Shown: in pieces, positions 28,811 to 38,868 of the stretch | Position numbering within the stretch: the first letter of the stretch is position 1 | Layout of the letters: each line of letters starts with the position of its first letter | Source of the DNA: an uncultured SAR86 cluster bacterium | GTDB lineage: Bacteria; Pseudomonadota; Gammaproteobacteria; Magnimaribacterales; D2472 | Reading direction: 5' to 3' | Length of the DNA: 64,000 nucleotides | Assembly (NCBI GenBank): GCA_963926355.1 | Contig: CAWUWW010000001.1 | Span: 247,739-311,738, forward strand | Notes under the pieces: model-generated | Databases searched by the model: none | What the model was told of the DNA's origin: nothing | Seen by the model: the letters and a program-made list of their open reading frames with translations, nothing else | Made by a program: the position numbers and the translations under genes

Positions 28811-30007
28811 ATGAAACTATCATTTAATTTTTTACTTTCTTCTTTTTTTATTTTACCTACTTTTATTGATGCTAAAAATCAATACTATCCAGATAATAAC
28901 TGGGAACAAGTTACTCCTGAAAGTCAGGGTATTGATAAGGTTAAGATAGAAAAGCTCCTAGATTTATCTTTTTTAGATGCAGCAACTCAAGGAGTAGTTA
29001 TTATTAAGAATGGAAAAATTATAGGTGAAAAATATGCTGAGGGTTATACCAAGAAATCTCATGGTACCTCATGGTCTATGGCAAAAAGTTATTATGCTGC
29101 CTTGATTGGCATCTCTTTGGAGAATGGAGAAATAGCTAGTTTAGATGATCCTGTTAGTAAATACCTTGCCTATTACAAGGACGAGAGATCTAAAATAACT
29201 ATTAGAGATTTATTGAATATGTCCAGCGGACTTGATTACCCTAAGGACCAACATGAAAGAATGTTCTTTCAAGAAAGCCATTTAGATTATGCCAAAACAG
29301 TTGGGGTTGAAAAAGAGGCTGGCGTAAAATTTGAATACAACAATGTTAACTCAATGATTATTGGAGACTTACTTTATGCTGTAACAGGTAGAAAGGCAGA
29401 CGTGCTTCTGGTAGAAAGGATTTTAAATCCAATTGGAGCAACAAATTACAAATTATGGAAGGATGAAAGAGGGGATGTGCTAACTTATTGTTGTGTTGAT
29501 ATGTCACCCAGGGACTATTCAAAAATTGGCCTTCTATTTGCTAGAAATGGAAATTGGGAAGGTGATCAAATTATTCCTACCAGCTTCATAGATGAAACGT
29601 TTCAAACAGTCTGGGATACTCCTAACTGGTGGACTGATTACAAGAGATATTATTCATTACACTGGTGGGTATCTAAGTATGATGAGGAGAGTAAAATTTT
29701 TAATACTAGTGGCAAGTACGGTCAGTTTACATTTGTAGATAGAGACAATGATGTCGTGGTTACAAGAATTACCAAATATTCAGAAAAAAACTACGGAGAT
29801 GTTCAAAAATGGGGTGCTATGAAATACTTTAGATGGGCAGGGGTTGACGCAGCAGTTATCGCTGCTAAGGCTCTATTAGATTTAGGTCTTGTAAAGGAAG
29901 GCCCTGACGTGAACACGCCTATTACAGAGAATGAGGGCATTTCTAAAGAGTTTTATGAAAAGTATCCAGAGATCATTGACGCAATTGCTGACCTTAGCCG
30001 ATCTTAA
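28811..30007 (+). CDS. serine hydrolase, beta-lactamase/esterase family (class C-like)
   Basis: Signal peptide, S-x-x-K (SMAK) and Y-x-N (YNN) motifs. Confidence 0.85.
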   Translation: MKLSFNFLLSSFFILPTFIDAKNQYYPDNNWEQVTPESQGIDKVKIEKLLDLSFLDAATQGVVIIKNGKIIGEKYAEGYTKKSHGTSWSMAKSYYAALIGISLENGEIASLDDPVSKYLAYYKDERSKITIRDLLNMSSGLDYPKDQHERMFFQESHLDYAKTVGVEKEAGVKFEYNNVNSMIIGDLLYAVTGRKADVLLVERILNPIGATNYKLWKDERGDVLTYCCVDMSPRDYSKIGLLFARNGNWEGDQIIPTSFIDETFQTVWDTPNWWTDYKRYYSLHWWVSKYDEESKIFNTSGKYGQFTFVDRDNDVVVTRITKYSEKNYGDVQKWGAMKYFRWAGVDAAVIAAKALLDLGLVKEGPDVNTPITENEGISKEFYEKYPEIIDAIADLSRS

Positions 30008-30023
30008 GATTATTTTTTAAATA

Positions 30024-30209
30024 CTAAGCACTACTACTTTCTTTTTTGAGTAGATATGCTGTCATATCTTTCTTCCACTCCTCAAGGTAGTAGCCGTCAT
30101 TCCCATGCTTATTAAGGTATTTAAAGAAAACTCTCCCATCTTCATCCTCGAAACCTTGCTCAAAAGGTTTTCCAGTTAACCTATTGGGTCTTTTGTATCG
30201 ATCATCCAT
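30024..30209 (-). CDS. hypothetical protein (61 aa)
   Basis: The ORF overlaps the upstream 94-aa ORF by 8 nt. I recognise no family. Confidence 0.45.
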   Translation of the reverse strand: MDDRYKRPNRLTGKPFEQGFEDEDGRVFFKYLNKHGNDGYYLEEWKKDMTAYLLKKESSSA

Positions 30210-30486
30210 TATTTTTCATTATCTCGTTAAATATTAAAGCCACGGTAGTTGTTGCAACTTTCAAATCCTCTTTCACAAAAAAATAGTCCTCTATGAGAGA
30301 GTGGATCTTGTAATGAGGCTGCTCTGAGTACCTGACACCATCGGCAAGTGTTACGAAAGCTACAGTTTTTTTATTATTGTATTGTTTAAGGTTGTGTTTT
30401 TTATCATGCATTTTTATGCAAATTTTTTTTATTTGCTTAAAATACTCATCAAGTGTTTGGTCTTCTTGCATTAATGGAAACTTCAT
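30202..30486 (-). CDS. hypothetical protein (94 aa)
   Basis: The ORF starts 4 nt after the stop of the upstream transporter gene. I recognise no family. Confidence 0.5.
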   Translation of the reverse strand: MKFPLMQEDQTLDEYFKQIKKICIKMHDKKHNLKQYNNKKTVAFVTLADGVRYSEQPHYKIHSLIEDYFFVKEDLKVATTTVALIFNEIMKNNG

Positions 30487-30489
30487 TCA

Positions 30490-32256
30490 TTAAGTCCAAA
30501 CAAATAGAATCATAGGAATGGACACGCCTATTATTAATATATCTAAAGGTAATCCAAGTCTCCAATAGTCAGTAAATTTATAGTTTCCAGGCCCCATGAT
30601 AACCGTATTACATTGGTGTCCTATTGGCGTTAAGAAAGCACAACTTGCACCAACAGCAACTACCATTAGAAAAGGCTCGATAGCATAACCAAGCTCAATA
30701 GCTATTCCAGCTGAAATAGGAGCCATGATAACCGCTGTGGCAGCGTTATTAATAATATCTGTTGTTGCCATCGTTACTATCAGTATTAATAAAAGAAGCC
30801 AGAAGAGGCTAAGATCAGAGGCATAGTGAGAGATTGTAGAAGAAATGATATCAGACAATCCTGTCGATTGAAGGGCTGTGCCAATAGGAATCATAGCCGC
30901 CAACATAATTATTATTGGCCAATCAATATCTCTATAAAAATTACTATCAATAATTCTAATCCTTGCAAAACCAAGAACGCACAATAAGAAAGCTGCAACT
31001 GTTGGTAAGTAGTTTAAAGCTACCAAACCTACTGAAATAGAAAAGAATATCAGACCTTTTAATAATCTACTTCTACTGGGTATGGTTTGAAGTTCTCTCT
31101 GTCTTAGAGGCATTAACCCTAGGTGTTTAATCTTATTTGTTACATCCTCTTCTTCAAGATCTCTTATGCCAAGTAACAGAACATCCCCAGCTCTAAAAGT
31201 TTCTCTTGTAAGTCTTGTTCTGTACTTAGACCCTTTTCTCCAAAGCCCTAGAAGGTTCAGTTCTTCATATGCTAGTTTTAAAAAGAATTCATACTTTCTT
31301 CCTATCAGTCTCGAGCCTGGAGCAATCATTGCTTCTATTTCCTCTAAATCATCATCTTCGAAGTAATGCAGTTCTTTTGGAATAGAGAATCCAAATCTAT
31401 CTAACATAGGCCCAAGATCGTCAGGTGGAGTTTTAATAACAAGTATTTGACCTTCTTTAATTCGTGTATTATTTTTAACTTTTTTAACACCACCCTCATC
31501 ATTAACAATCCCTATAACTTCTGTATCTTCTCCTGCCTCTTTTTTAAATGCAGATAATGTCATTCCTATGGCGGAGCTAGATTCATTTACAGCTACTTCA
31601 AATAAATACCCCTTAAGATTAATAAGACTTGATCCAGATTTAGAGTCTTCTCTTAAATGAATTAGTTTATTTCCAATGGTTGCAATAAATAATATGCTTA
31701 ATAAAGTTATAGACAGACCAACGTATGAAAAATCAAAGAAATTAAATCCGCTAGAAGATATGGTTGATTTATATTCGGAAATAATAATATTTGGAGGAGT
31801 TCCTATAGTTGTATTCATTCCTCCCAAGATACAAGCAAACGATAGTGGCATTAAAAACTTAGAAGGATGCCAGTCCATTTTTTGACATATATTTAAAGTT
31901 ATTGGTAAAAGGATAGCCAAGGCACCAATGTTATTAATAAAAGATGACAGCAATGCCGCAATAAACAATAAACTTATTAGAAACTGGAATTCAGTAAACG
32001 ACCTACCGCCAATAATCTTTCCTACCAGTCCGGTTAATCCAGAATTTTTAAGACCTTGGCTAATGATTAAAACTAATGCAACAGTAACTACTGCCGGGTG
32101 AGCAAAACCATTAAAGGCTTCGTTTGCGGGGATTACGTCAAGAATTATAAGAACAACAAGAGCTCCCGCCGCAATGGCATCGTATCTAAATTTCCCCCAT
32201 ATAAAAAAACCTAGTAATGAAACTATTGTTATTGATAGGATTAATTGATCACTCAT
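30490..32256 (-). CDS. SLC13/DASS-type anion permease with central TrkA-C (RCK_C) domains
   Basis: 588 aa. Two membrane halves are separated by a soluble region of about 170 aa with TrkA_C-like repeats (IKEGQILVIKTPPDDL, FRAGDVLLLG). Confidence 0.85.
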   Translation of the reverse strand: MSDQLILSITIVSLLGFFIWGKFRYDAIAAGALVVLIILDVIPANEAFNGFAHPAVVTVALVLIISQGLKNSGLTGLVGKIIGGRSFTEFQFLISLLFIAALLSSFINNIGALAILLPITLNICQKMDWHPSKFLMPLSFACILGGMNTTIGTPPNIIISEYKSTISSSGFNFFDFSYVGLSITLLSILFIATIGNKLIHLREDSKSGSSLINLKGYLFEVAVNESSSAIGMTLSAFKKEAGEDTEVIGIVNDEGGVKKVKNNTRIKEGQILVIKTPPDDLGPMLDRFGFSIPKELHYFEDDDLEEIEAMIAPGSRLIGRKYEFFLKLAYEELNLLGLWRKGSKYRTRLTRETFRAGDVLLLGIRDLEEEDVTNKIKHLGLMPLRQRELQTIPSRSRLLKGLIFFSISVGLVALNYLPTVAAFLLCVLGFARIRIIDSNFYRDIDWPIIIMLAAMIPIGTALQSTGLSDIISSTISHYASDLSLFWLLLLILIVTMATTDIINNAATAVIMAPISAGIAIELGYAIEPFLMVVAVGASCAFLTPIGHQCNTVIMGPGNYKFTDYWRLGLPLDILIIGVSIPMILFVWT

Positions 32257-32274
32257 ATTAAAGAGCCGAGATTA

Positions 32275-33360
32275 CTACTCAGGCATGCTCTCAACATATA
32301 ATGAGGAAGAAGGGAATGCAAATCCAGAGCCATTCGCTTTAACTATTTTCATAATATTGAAAACTAAATTCTCTTTAACTTCATTGTAATCTGCAAAACC
32401 TATTGGATCTGAATATGCAACAATCAAGAGATCAATTGAACTAGCTCCAAGCTCGACCACTCTAACAACAGGGTCAAGTTCAGTATCGAATGAGAAATCA
32501 TTGCTATCTAAGATGTATTTTTTAATATCTGAACGAATTGATTCAAGCTGCTCAACCGATGTTGAGTAAACGAGGTTTATCTTCCAGTTAAGTCTCCTGT
32601 TAATCATTTCTCCATGATTAATTACCTTCACATCAGATAAGTCTTTATTCGGTATTGTCATGGGAGCAGTATCAAATGTTCTTATTACAGTGGATCGGAA
32701 GCCAATTATTTCAACCACTCCATGAAGCTCGCCGGTTACTTCAATTCTATCTCCTGGTTGAAATCTATGCTCTCCTATTATTAGGATTCCTGCTATAAGA
32801 TTTTTAAAGAAGTCTTGCGCTCCAAGAGCAACAGCTACAGAAAAAAGTCCTAGACCTGCAACCAATGGACCTATCTGGATACCAAAAATATCTAAGATAA
32901 CGGCTATGCCGATTACCCATACTATAAATCCAGAAGCTCTTTCTAACCACATCTGCATAGATGCTGTTAGCCAAGATTTTGTAGATAGGGCAGCAAATAC
33001 AGGTTTAACACTATTTGCTAATGCACTGAAGATTGTAAAGACAACAAAGGCTTTAACAATATTGGTTGCTACATCACCCACCAGTCCAGATATTGGGATT
33101 ATTAACGTACAGATATAAAGAGCAACTGTGACTGGTATTAATCCAATAGGTTTTCTTAGGGCGTTTAGTATCTCATCATCTATTCTTGATTCTGTTTTTT
33201 CAGCTAGACGCGTAAGGTATCCTAGGATAACCGAGATAATAAAACCTCTTAGTAAAAAGGCTATAAGGATAGTGGATAGAGATGCAATTATTGACCCTAG
33301 GTTAATTCCTAAAAATCCTGTATTCCAAACCTCTGTAACTAAAACTAAAAAACTATTCAT
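32275..33360 (-). CDS. mechanosensitive ion channel, MscS family
   Basis: TM3-like GAQDFFKNLIAGILII followed by a beta domain (FQPGDRIEV...G.VVEIGFRSTVIRTFD). Confidence 0.9.
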   Translation of the reverse strand: MNSFLVLVTEVWNTGFLGINLGSIIASLSTILIAFLLRGFIISVILGYLTRLAEKTESRIDDEILNALRKPIGLIPVTVALYICTLIIPISGLVGDVATNIVKAFVVFTIFSALANSVKPVFAALSTKSWLTASMQMWLERASGFIVWVIGIAVILDIFGIQIGPLVAGLGLFSVAVALGAQDFFKNLIAGILIIGEHRFQPGDRIEVTGELHGVVEIIGFRSTVIRTFDTAPMTIPNKDLSDVKVINHGEMINRRLNWKINLVYSTSVEQLESIRSDIKKYILDSNDFSFDTELDPVVRVVELGASSIDLLIVAYSDPIGFADYNEVKENLVFNIMKIVKANGSGFAFPSSSLYVESMPE

Positions 33361-33431
33361 AGGTAATGCTCTTATTAAACTATATTGCTATTTTATAGGG
33401 ATTTACTACTTTTAAGCAAAATCCTTATATG

Positions 33432-34133
33432 TTATTTATTAAGCCTATCCTTTATTGCATAAGGAAGATAGGTTAATAAGAATACAAATATCGCCACCGG
33501 AGTGGTGTATAAGATATGAAGTGGAGGGTCTGGGAATAGATCTAAAATAGTGTCACCTGGAGGTTTTTGTAATAAATACCAATAGTTAGCAGGCTCTCCT
33601 AAAATAAGATTTATAACGTAAGTAATAGGCAGCAGGATAAAAATAGTTAACGCCGAAACAACTAAAATATCTCTAAAGTAAGGGCGGTTTCCTAGAACCA
33701 CGGTTGCATAAATAATAGTTAAGATTATTGCACCATGCCCAATAAAGAAATATACATACTCTAGGTCATAGAAATATACATCTGGTGTTATGAGAGCCAA
33801 ACTAGCTCCTCCTAAACCCCAAAAGAATGCACATTTATATAATAATTTTGGACCACCTAAAAGAAACCACGCCATAAAAATTTCAGAAAGATCGCACATA
33901 TGCAATGGCAGAACTTCTCTCCAGTTATATGGATTTACTACAAAAAAAAGATCTTTAATAGGTGATGAGAGTACATGTACTATTAATACGTAGGCTAAAA
34001 TCTTAGCCATTACTGATTTTTCATTATCAGCTTTATCTTTATAAGCTATTGTTAGCCAGGTAGTTATTAAAACTATAATCAGCATTGAGAAAAGGTGTAC
34101 ACCGCTAAACAATACAAAAGGTTGGTCATTCAT
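33432..34133 (-). CDS. integral membrane protein, TIGR02206/YwaF-like
   Basis: 233 aa, about 7 TM segments, with the LPLHMCDL motif characteristic of that family (recalled from memory). Confidence 0.6.
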   Translation of the reverse strand: MNDQPFVLFSGVHLFSMLIIVLITTWLTIAYKDKADNEKSVMAKILAYVLIVHVLSSPIKDLFFVVNPYNWREVLPLHMCDLSEIFMAWFLLGGPKLLYKCAFFWGLGGASLALITPDVYFYDLEYVYFFIGHGAIILTIIYATVVLGNRPYFRDILVVSALTIFILLPITYVINLILGEPANYWYLLQKPPGDTILDLFPDPPLHILYTTPVAIFVFLLTYLPYAIKDRLNK

Positions 34134-34256
34134 AATTTATCCCTACAAAAATTATTAATATTTCCACTTCAAGCCAATACTAAATTAACTTGTTCAATTA
34201 TAGAGATATTTAAAGACTTTTTTAAATTAATTTAAAAAATGTTACAAAGACATTTA

Positions 34257-36224
34257 CTAATAACTAATTCTATCTATAACAATCTGTTCTGTAAGAATTG
34301 CAGGTAGGACTTTAGATTGACTCATCCCTGGCTTCCAGAAAACATAAAGAGGAACGCCGCTCCTTCCATACTTAGATAAAACATCTAATATTTCTTCATT
34401 CCTGTTAGTCCAGTCAGCAACAATATAATCAATATTATTATCGTTAAGGAATTTTTTTACACCTGGTCTAGATAGGGCAACTTTATCATTGGCTTGGCAC
34501 GTTATGCACCATGCAGCTGTAAAGTTAATTAGATAAGCTTGTTGATTGGATTGATAGTCTTTTTCAGTATCTTTATTCCACTGAATAGCATCTGACTTAG
34601 TATCCAGACTTCCCATCTTGGTTTCGATCTTTGTAAATGAATTTGTTTGATAACCCATAGCTATAATCCCAATTACTAAGAGTATTAACTTTGAGGCGCT
34701 ATTAGTGCTTTTGGTATAAAGCCATGTAAGCAAACCAATAACAAGAAAAATGATAAGCAGGCCTATCAATGCATCTGAACTAGTCTGAATGCTATAAACC
34801 CATACCAACCATATTGCAGTCGCAAACATTGGAAAGGCAAAGAACTCTTTGAGTGATTCCATCCACTTACCAGGCCTTGGCATTTTTGAAATTAAATCAG
34901 GTTTAATTGCAAGCAGTAAGTAAGGCATTGAGAAGCCAATCCCTAGAGATAAGAATATAGGCAAGGTAATTGCAGAAGGTTGAATGAGCGCGTATCCGAT
35001 TGCAGCTCCCATAAAAGGTGCAGTACAAGGAGAGGCAACAATAACTGCCAATACCCCAGTTAAGAAAGAGCTCGTGTAGCCAGTTTTATTTACTGAGACA
35101 TTTCCAAGCCTTGTTAGCGATGAGCCAATATTGATGTCCGTTAGTAAAATTAACCCAATGAAGAACATTAATATACTCAAAGTACCCACCACTATTGGTG
35201 ATTGGAGTTGGAAGCCCCAGCCAACAAAGGTACCTGTCTGACGAAGAGTTAATAGAGCGACAGCAACTAAAACAAAAGAGAGTATTACCCCCAGGCAGAA
35301 GGTAAGAGCATGTTTTCTAATCTCATTACTTGATTCTCCACCCATGGATATAAAGCTTAAAACTTTTAAAGAAATTATAGGAAAAACACATGGCATCAAA
35401 TTAAGAATTAAACCCCCCAAAAATGCAAAAAGTATTGCCTGTATTACACTGATTGAATTCTCGCTTTTAGCTACCTCTGTGTTAATAATAAATATTTCAT
35501 CTTCATTTATAACCAGAACACCATTAATAGGTTCATTAATTTCCACCCCATCATCTAAAGGAACTTTAAGTAACCAATTATTTTCTTCCTTTATTAATAC
35601 TTGCTTGCTTGAATAGCTAACAATATTTTCATTCTCAATAAAAAAGTTAATGCTTTGGATTTTATTGTTTTTTGAGAACCTTAATTCTAAATAATCATTA
35701 TTTATCTCTGATATAACCGGTAGCGTTACGCTGGGAACTTTCGAAACCCATTTATCTAGTTTAGAATCAATGTCTAAAAAATTTAACGAAGCATTTAATA
35801 TTGCCTTTTCTGGAACACAAATATCATCGCAAATTAAAAAATTAATATCTGCAACAACATTGAATTGGTTAAGGTCATTAGGAATTTTTAATTTGAAGGG
35901 AAATATTACAAAATCTGTATAACCATAAGTCATTAAAGGCGGATAGGGGATAAGCTCTGGAGCTGGCCAATTTACGTTACTAACTGTAACGCCTTCTGGT
36001 AGTTGCCAATCAACCTTAATTGGACCTCCAGAATCTCCTGGGTTTTTCCAGTAAGTATGCCAATGAGATTGCATATCCATTTTTATACCAACAATCATCT
36101 CTGAATCTGAGGATGAATACATATGGTCTGTTACTAGAGATACTTTTGCATGACCTGTATTAACAGGCTCGGCAAATGTAAAACTAGAAAAAAGTAAAAA
36201 TAGAGTTAGATTTAATAATTTCAT
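34257..36224 (-). CDS. thiol:disulfide interchange protein, DsbD/ScsB-like
   Basis: Signal peptide plus periplasmic N-domain, a CcdA-like membrane core with CVFPI and SPCTAPF, and a C-terminal thioredoxin domain with WCITC. Confidence 0.85.
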   Translation of the reverse strand: MKLLNLTLFLLFSSFTFAEPVNTGHAKVSLVTDHMYSSSDSEMIVGIKMDMQSHWHTYWKNPGDSGGPIKVDWQLPEGVTVSNVNWPAPELIPYPPLMTYGYTDFVIFPFKLKIPNDLNQFNVVADINFLICDDICVPEKAILNASLNFLDIDSKLDKWVSKVPSVTLPVISEINNDYLELRFSKNNKIQSINFFIENENIVSYSSKQVLIKEENNWLLKVPLDDGVEINEPINGVLVINEDEIFIINTEVAKSENSISVIQAILFAFLGGLILNLMPCVFPIISLKVLSFISMGGESSNEIRKHALTFCLGVILSFVLVAVALLTLRQTGTFVGWGFQLQSPIVVGTLSILMFFIGLILLTDINIGSSLTRLGNVSVNKTGYTSSFLTGVLAVIVASPCTAPFMGAAIGYALIQPSAITLPIFLSLGIGFSMPYLLLAIKPDLISKMPRPGKWMESLKEFFAFPMFATAIWLVWVYSIQTSSDALIGLLIIFLVIGLLTWLYTKSTNSASKLILLVIGIIAMGYQTNSFTKIETKMGSLDTKSDAIQWNKDTEKDYQSNQQAYLINFTAAWCITCQANDKVALSRPGVKKFLNDNNIDYIVADWTNRNEEILDVLSKYGRSGVPLYVFWKPGMSQSKVLPAILTEQIVIDRISY

Positions 36225-36240
36225 CTGTACATATTACCTT

Positions 36241-36273
36241 ACTAAATAAAACAGGGGCGCTAAATGCACCCCT
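36241..36273 (-). terminator. intrinsic terminator after hsp20
   Basis: On the minus strand, AGGGGTGC-ATTTA-GCGCCCCT is followed by GTTTTATTT, 20 nt past the stop. Confidence 0.5.
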
Positions 36274-36292
36274 ATATATTGTTTTTGAAAAC

Positions 36293-36745
36293 CTATTTAC
36301 TAGAAATTCTTTTGGGAGTTTTAATCTCAATCATTCTAGATTTTTTCTCTTCTGGAATTATTTTTTCCAGATTAACGGTTAATAAGCCATTTACAAGCTC
36401 AGCACCTTGAACAACAACGTTCTCGGCTAGCGTGAACTGCTGCTTAAATGCCCTTTGAGCTATACCTTGATAAACAACTTCATTGCTTCCGTTGACTACC
36501 TCTGTTTTTGGCCCATCGTAACCAACAGACAGCACTCCGTCTGAAAGCTCAATTTGTATATCTTCTTTTGTTAAACCTGCAACAGCAACTTCAATAGCAA
36601 AATAATTGCCATCTTTTCTGATGTTGTAGGGTGGATAGGTTGAAGATCGGTCTGATGTCTCGGACAATCTTTGCAATCTATCAAATAGTGGTTCAAAACC
36701 TAATACACGAGTTGTGAAAAAGGGATCTGTAAAGTTAAGTATCAT
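36293..36745 (-). CDS. small heat shock protein (Hsp20/IbpA family)
   Basis: Alpha-crystallin domain (YPPYNI, AVAGL, the G.L.V pattern). A strong AGGAGGA SD lies 5 nt upstream. Confidence 0.9.
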   Translation of the reverse strand: MILNFTDPFFTTRVLGFEPLFDRLQRLSETSDRSSTYPPYNIRKDGNYFAIEVAVAGLTKEDIQIELSDGVLSVGYDGPKTEVVNGSNEVVYQGIAQRAFKQQFTLAENVVVQGAELVNGLLTVNLEKIIPEEKKSRMIEIKTPKRISSK

Positions 36746-36836
36746 AGTAGTCCTCCTATAAGCGACTAATTTAAATGCACCCCGAAGGCATGCTTGTTAA
36801 TAATTGAAGACCCAAGTGGCATCTTCTACTAAGCTT

Positions 36837-36864
36837 ATTTAAGGATGATTTTGTTTATTTCAAG
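36837..36864 (-). promoter_or_regulatory. sigma-32-like heat-shock promoter
   Basis: On the minus strand, CTTGAAA, then 13 nt, then CCTTAAAT, against the consensus CTTGAAA-N13-15-CCCCATNT. It lies about 95 nt upstream of the hsp20 ATG. Confidence 0.35.
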
Positions 36865-36939
36865 ATATTTTTATATATTATTCAAGAATCAGTTAGAATA
36901 AAGTTAGAACTTTTACAGATATTTTATGTCTAAACTTTT

Positions 36940-37341
36940 ATGAATAAATATATATTAACCCTTTTAATATTCTCTTCTTTTCAAGCATATGCATCTGAAG
37001 ATACCTTGGCTATAGAGCTTAAGTCAGATCAAATATGGTCTTTACACAAGAGAAGCAACAAAATGTCACCTTCAAATAGTGAGGTGCTTTACTTTATGCC
37101 AAACGATGCAATTAATACATTCCAAGCCAGAAGGTTTAATGATTGGGATGATTTCTCAATAACTGATTCAAGAAATTTGGTTAGGCTTAATACAGGTGAT
37201 AGAATCAAAATAATTGAACCTAGGCACAATACAAAAATATATAAAGTCATGTTGCTAGATGGGTTTGAAAAGAACAGAGACTTTTTTATCATCACAGAAG
37301 ATCTTAAGAAGAATTTTAAAATTACGGAGAATGAAGAATGA
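36940..37341 (+). CDS. secreted hypothetical protein (133 aa)
   Basis: Signal peptide (LLIFSSFQAYA/SE). ATGA overlap with the following lipoprotein gene. Confidence 0.5.
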   Translation: MNKYILTLLIFSSFQAYASEDTLAIELKSDQIWSLHKRSNKMSPSNSEVLYFMPNDAINTFQARRFNDWDDFSITDSRNLVRLNTGDRIKIIEPRHNTKIYKVMLLDGFEKNRDFFIITEDLKKNFKITENEE

Positions 37342-37799
37342 AGAATCAATATTTTTATTTACTTACAACACTAGTCTTAACAGTTGGATGTGTGAATGTT
37401 GAATACAAGCCCGATGTGGTAAGCAGATCAGACGCTCAAAAGCAAAGCTATGTAATCATGGGAACCATAATTGATATTTCTGAAGTAACAATAGAGGGTG
37501 ATAGGGTAGCTGGAGCATTGGCAGGCGGTCTTATTGGTGGAGTTGCTGGCAAAGGCGTAACTGACTCCGACACTGAATCAGACATAGCTTCATTGGTTGG
37601 AGGTCTTGTAGGCTCTGCGATTGGTTCTGGAATAGGCTCTAGCCTGACAAAGAAGGATGCTGTAGAGCTCCTCATTGAAACTGAAGCAGGTAAGGTAATC
37701 TCTATCATTCAGGAAGTAAGCTCATATAGCTATAAAAAGAACCAAAAAGTTAGAATCATTAAGAGAAACGGTAAATCCAGAGTTGTACCTTTCGACTAA
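37338..37799 (+). CDS. outer-membrane lipoprotein, SlyB/glycine-zipper family
   Basis: Lipobox LTVGC. It aligns with the SlyB layout (S..AQ....YG.I..I..V.I.G) and has a glycine zipper (GALAGGLIGGVAGKG...GGLVGSAIGSGIGS). Confidence 0.75.
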   Translation: MKNQYFYLLTTLVLTVGCVNVEYKPDVVSRSDAQKQSYVIMGTIIDISEVTIEGDRVAGALAGGLIGGVAGKGVTDSDTESDIASLVGGLVGSAIGSGIGSSLTKKDAVELLIETEAGKVISIIQEVSSYSYKKNQKVRIIKRNGKSRVVPFD

Positions 37800-38094
37800 T
37801 AGTTATCCTTGATCCTTATTCTCTTGAGCGAGGGTTAGATAGTCAGATCATTCTGAGTTCAGTAGATTCTATTTATTCTTACCAATGGTAAATATTGGAA
37901 GACCAAGTTTTTCTAAATTATTTTCACTAGCCATAAATACTTTTTTATACTTATAAAAAAAATCCATGAATAGTGTGAGTTTTTTGAAATAGAGACTAAA
38001 TTAAAGAAGGCCGACAATATAGTTATTTCTTACTAATTACCCAAGTAATAACCTAGAAAATTAACCTATATGTGATTTTATTGTATAATGTTTG

Positions 38095-38868
38095 ATGGAA
38101 ACAAAATTAGAAATAGCAATAAACTGGCTCCCAAGATACACGGGGATGCCGTTAGATAAATTCGGTGATTATATTCTTATCACCAACTTCAAAGACTACG
38201 TAGATAAATTTGCTGAAAGATTCTCTGTAGAAATTTATGGCGAAGGCAGGGCAATGCAGGCCGCCACAAACAGCGATGGCCTAACTATTATTAATTATGG
38301 TATTGGATCTCCTAACGCTGCGACAATAATGGATTTGCTTGTAGCAGTTCAGCCAAAGGGTGTTTTATTTTTAGGAAAATGCGGCGGTCTTAAGGACTCA
38401 TCAGAGATAGGTAACTTTATACTACCTATTGGCGCAATCAGAGGAGATGGAACTTCAAACGATTATTTTCCTCCCGAAGTACCTGCGCTCCCATCGTTTA
38501 AACTACATAAATTTGTTTCAGATATTATTATTGATAAAGGAAGTAGTTATAGAACTGGCGTTATCTTTACTACGAATAGAAGGGTTTGGGAGCATGATAA
38601 GCAATTTAAGAAAAGACTTAAGCTAACAACAGCCATTGGCGTCGACATGGAAACTGCGACCGTATTTACTGTTGGTCATTACAATGAAATTGCTAGAGGG
38701 GCACTATTATTGGTATCGGATGTTCCTGTCACCCCAGATGGGGTAAAGACAGAGGAATCAGATAAAAAAGTTACCAAGAAATGGGTCGACCTTCATTTAG
38801 AAATTGGTATTAAGGCGATGACAGAAATTGGTAAAAGCGGAGAAGAAATAAAGCACTTTAGGTATTAA
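38095..38868 (+). CDS. nucleoside phosphorylase-I family protein, short AMP nucleosidase-like
   Basis: PNP_UDP_1 fold motifs (GIGSPNAA, GKCGGL, VDMETATVF). The N-terminus resembles short-form AMP nucleosidases (recalled from memory). Confidence 0.6.
   Translation: METKLEIAINWLPRYTGMPLDKFGDYILITNFKDYVDKFAERFSVEIYGEGRAMQAATNSDGLTIINYGIGSPNAATIMDLLVAVQPKGVLFLGKCGGLKDSSEIGNFILPIGAIRGDGTSNDYFPPEVPALPSFKLHKFVSDIIIDKGSSYRTGVIFTTNRRVWEHDKQFKKRLKLTTAIGVDMETATVFTVGHYNEIARGALLLVSDVPVTPDGVKTEESDKKVTKKWVDLHLEIGIKAMTEIGKSGEEIKHFRY

Noticed and set aside
30024-30486. Toxin-antitoxin interpretation of the 94-aa/61-aa pair
   Set aside because: Only size and overlap fit. I see no HTH, RHH or AbrB antitoxin motif and no RelE, MazF, PIN or HicA toxin motif, so the pair is reported as orphan ORFs only.
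37800-38091. 292-bp spacer before the AMP-nucleosidase-like gene, with a 32-codon minus-strand ORF (MDFFYKYKKVFMASENNLEKLGLPIFTIGKNK)
   Set aside because: It is too short, with no recognisable family or structured-RNA signature. It may be a gene remnant, but I cannot support any call.
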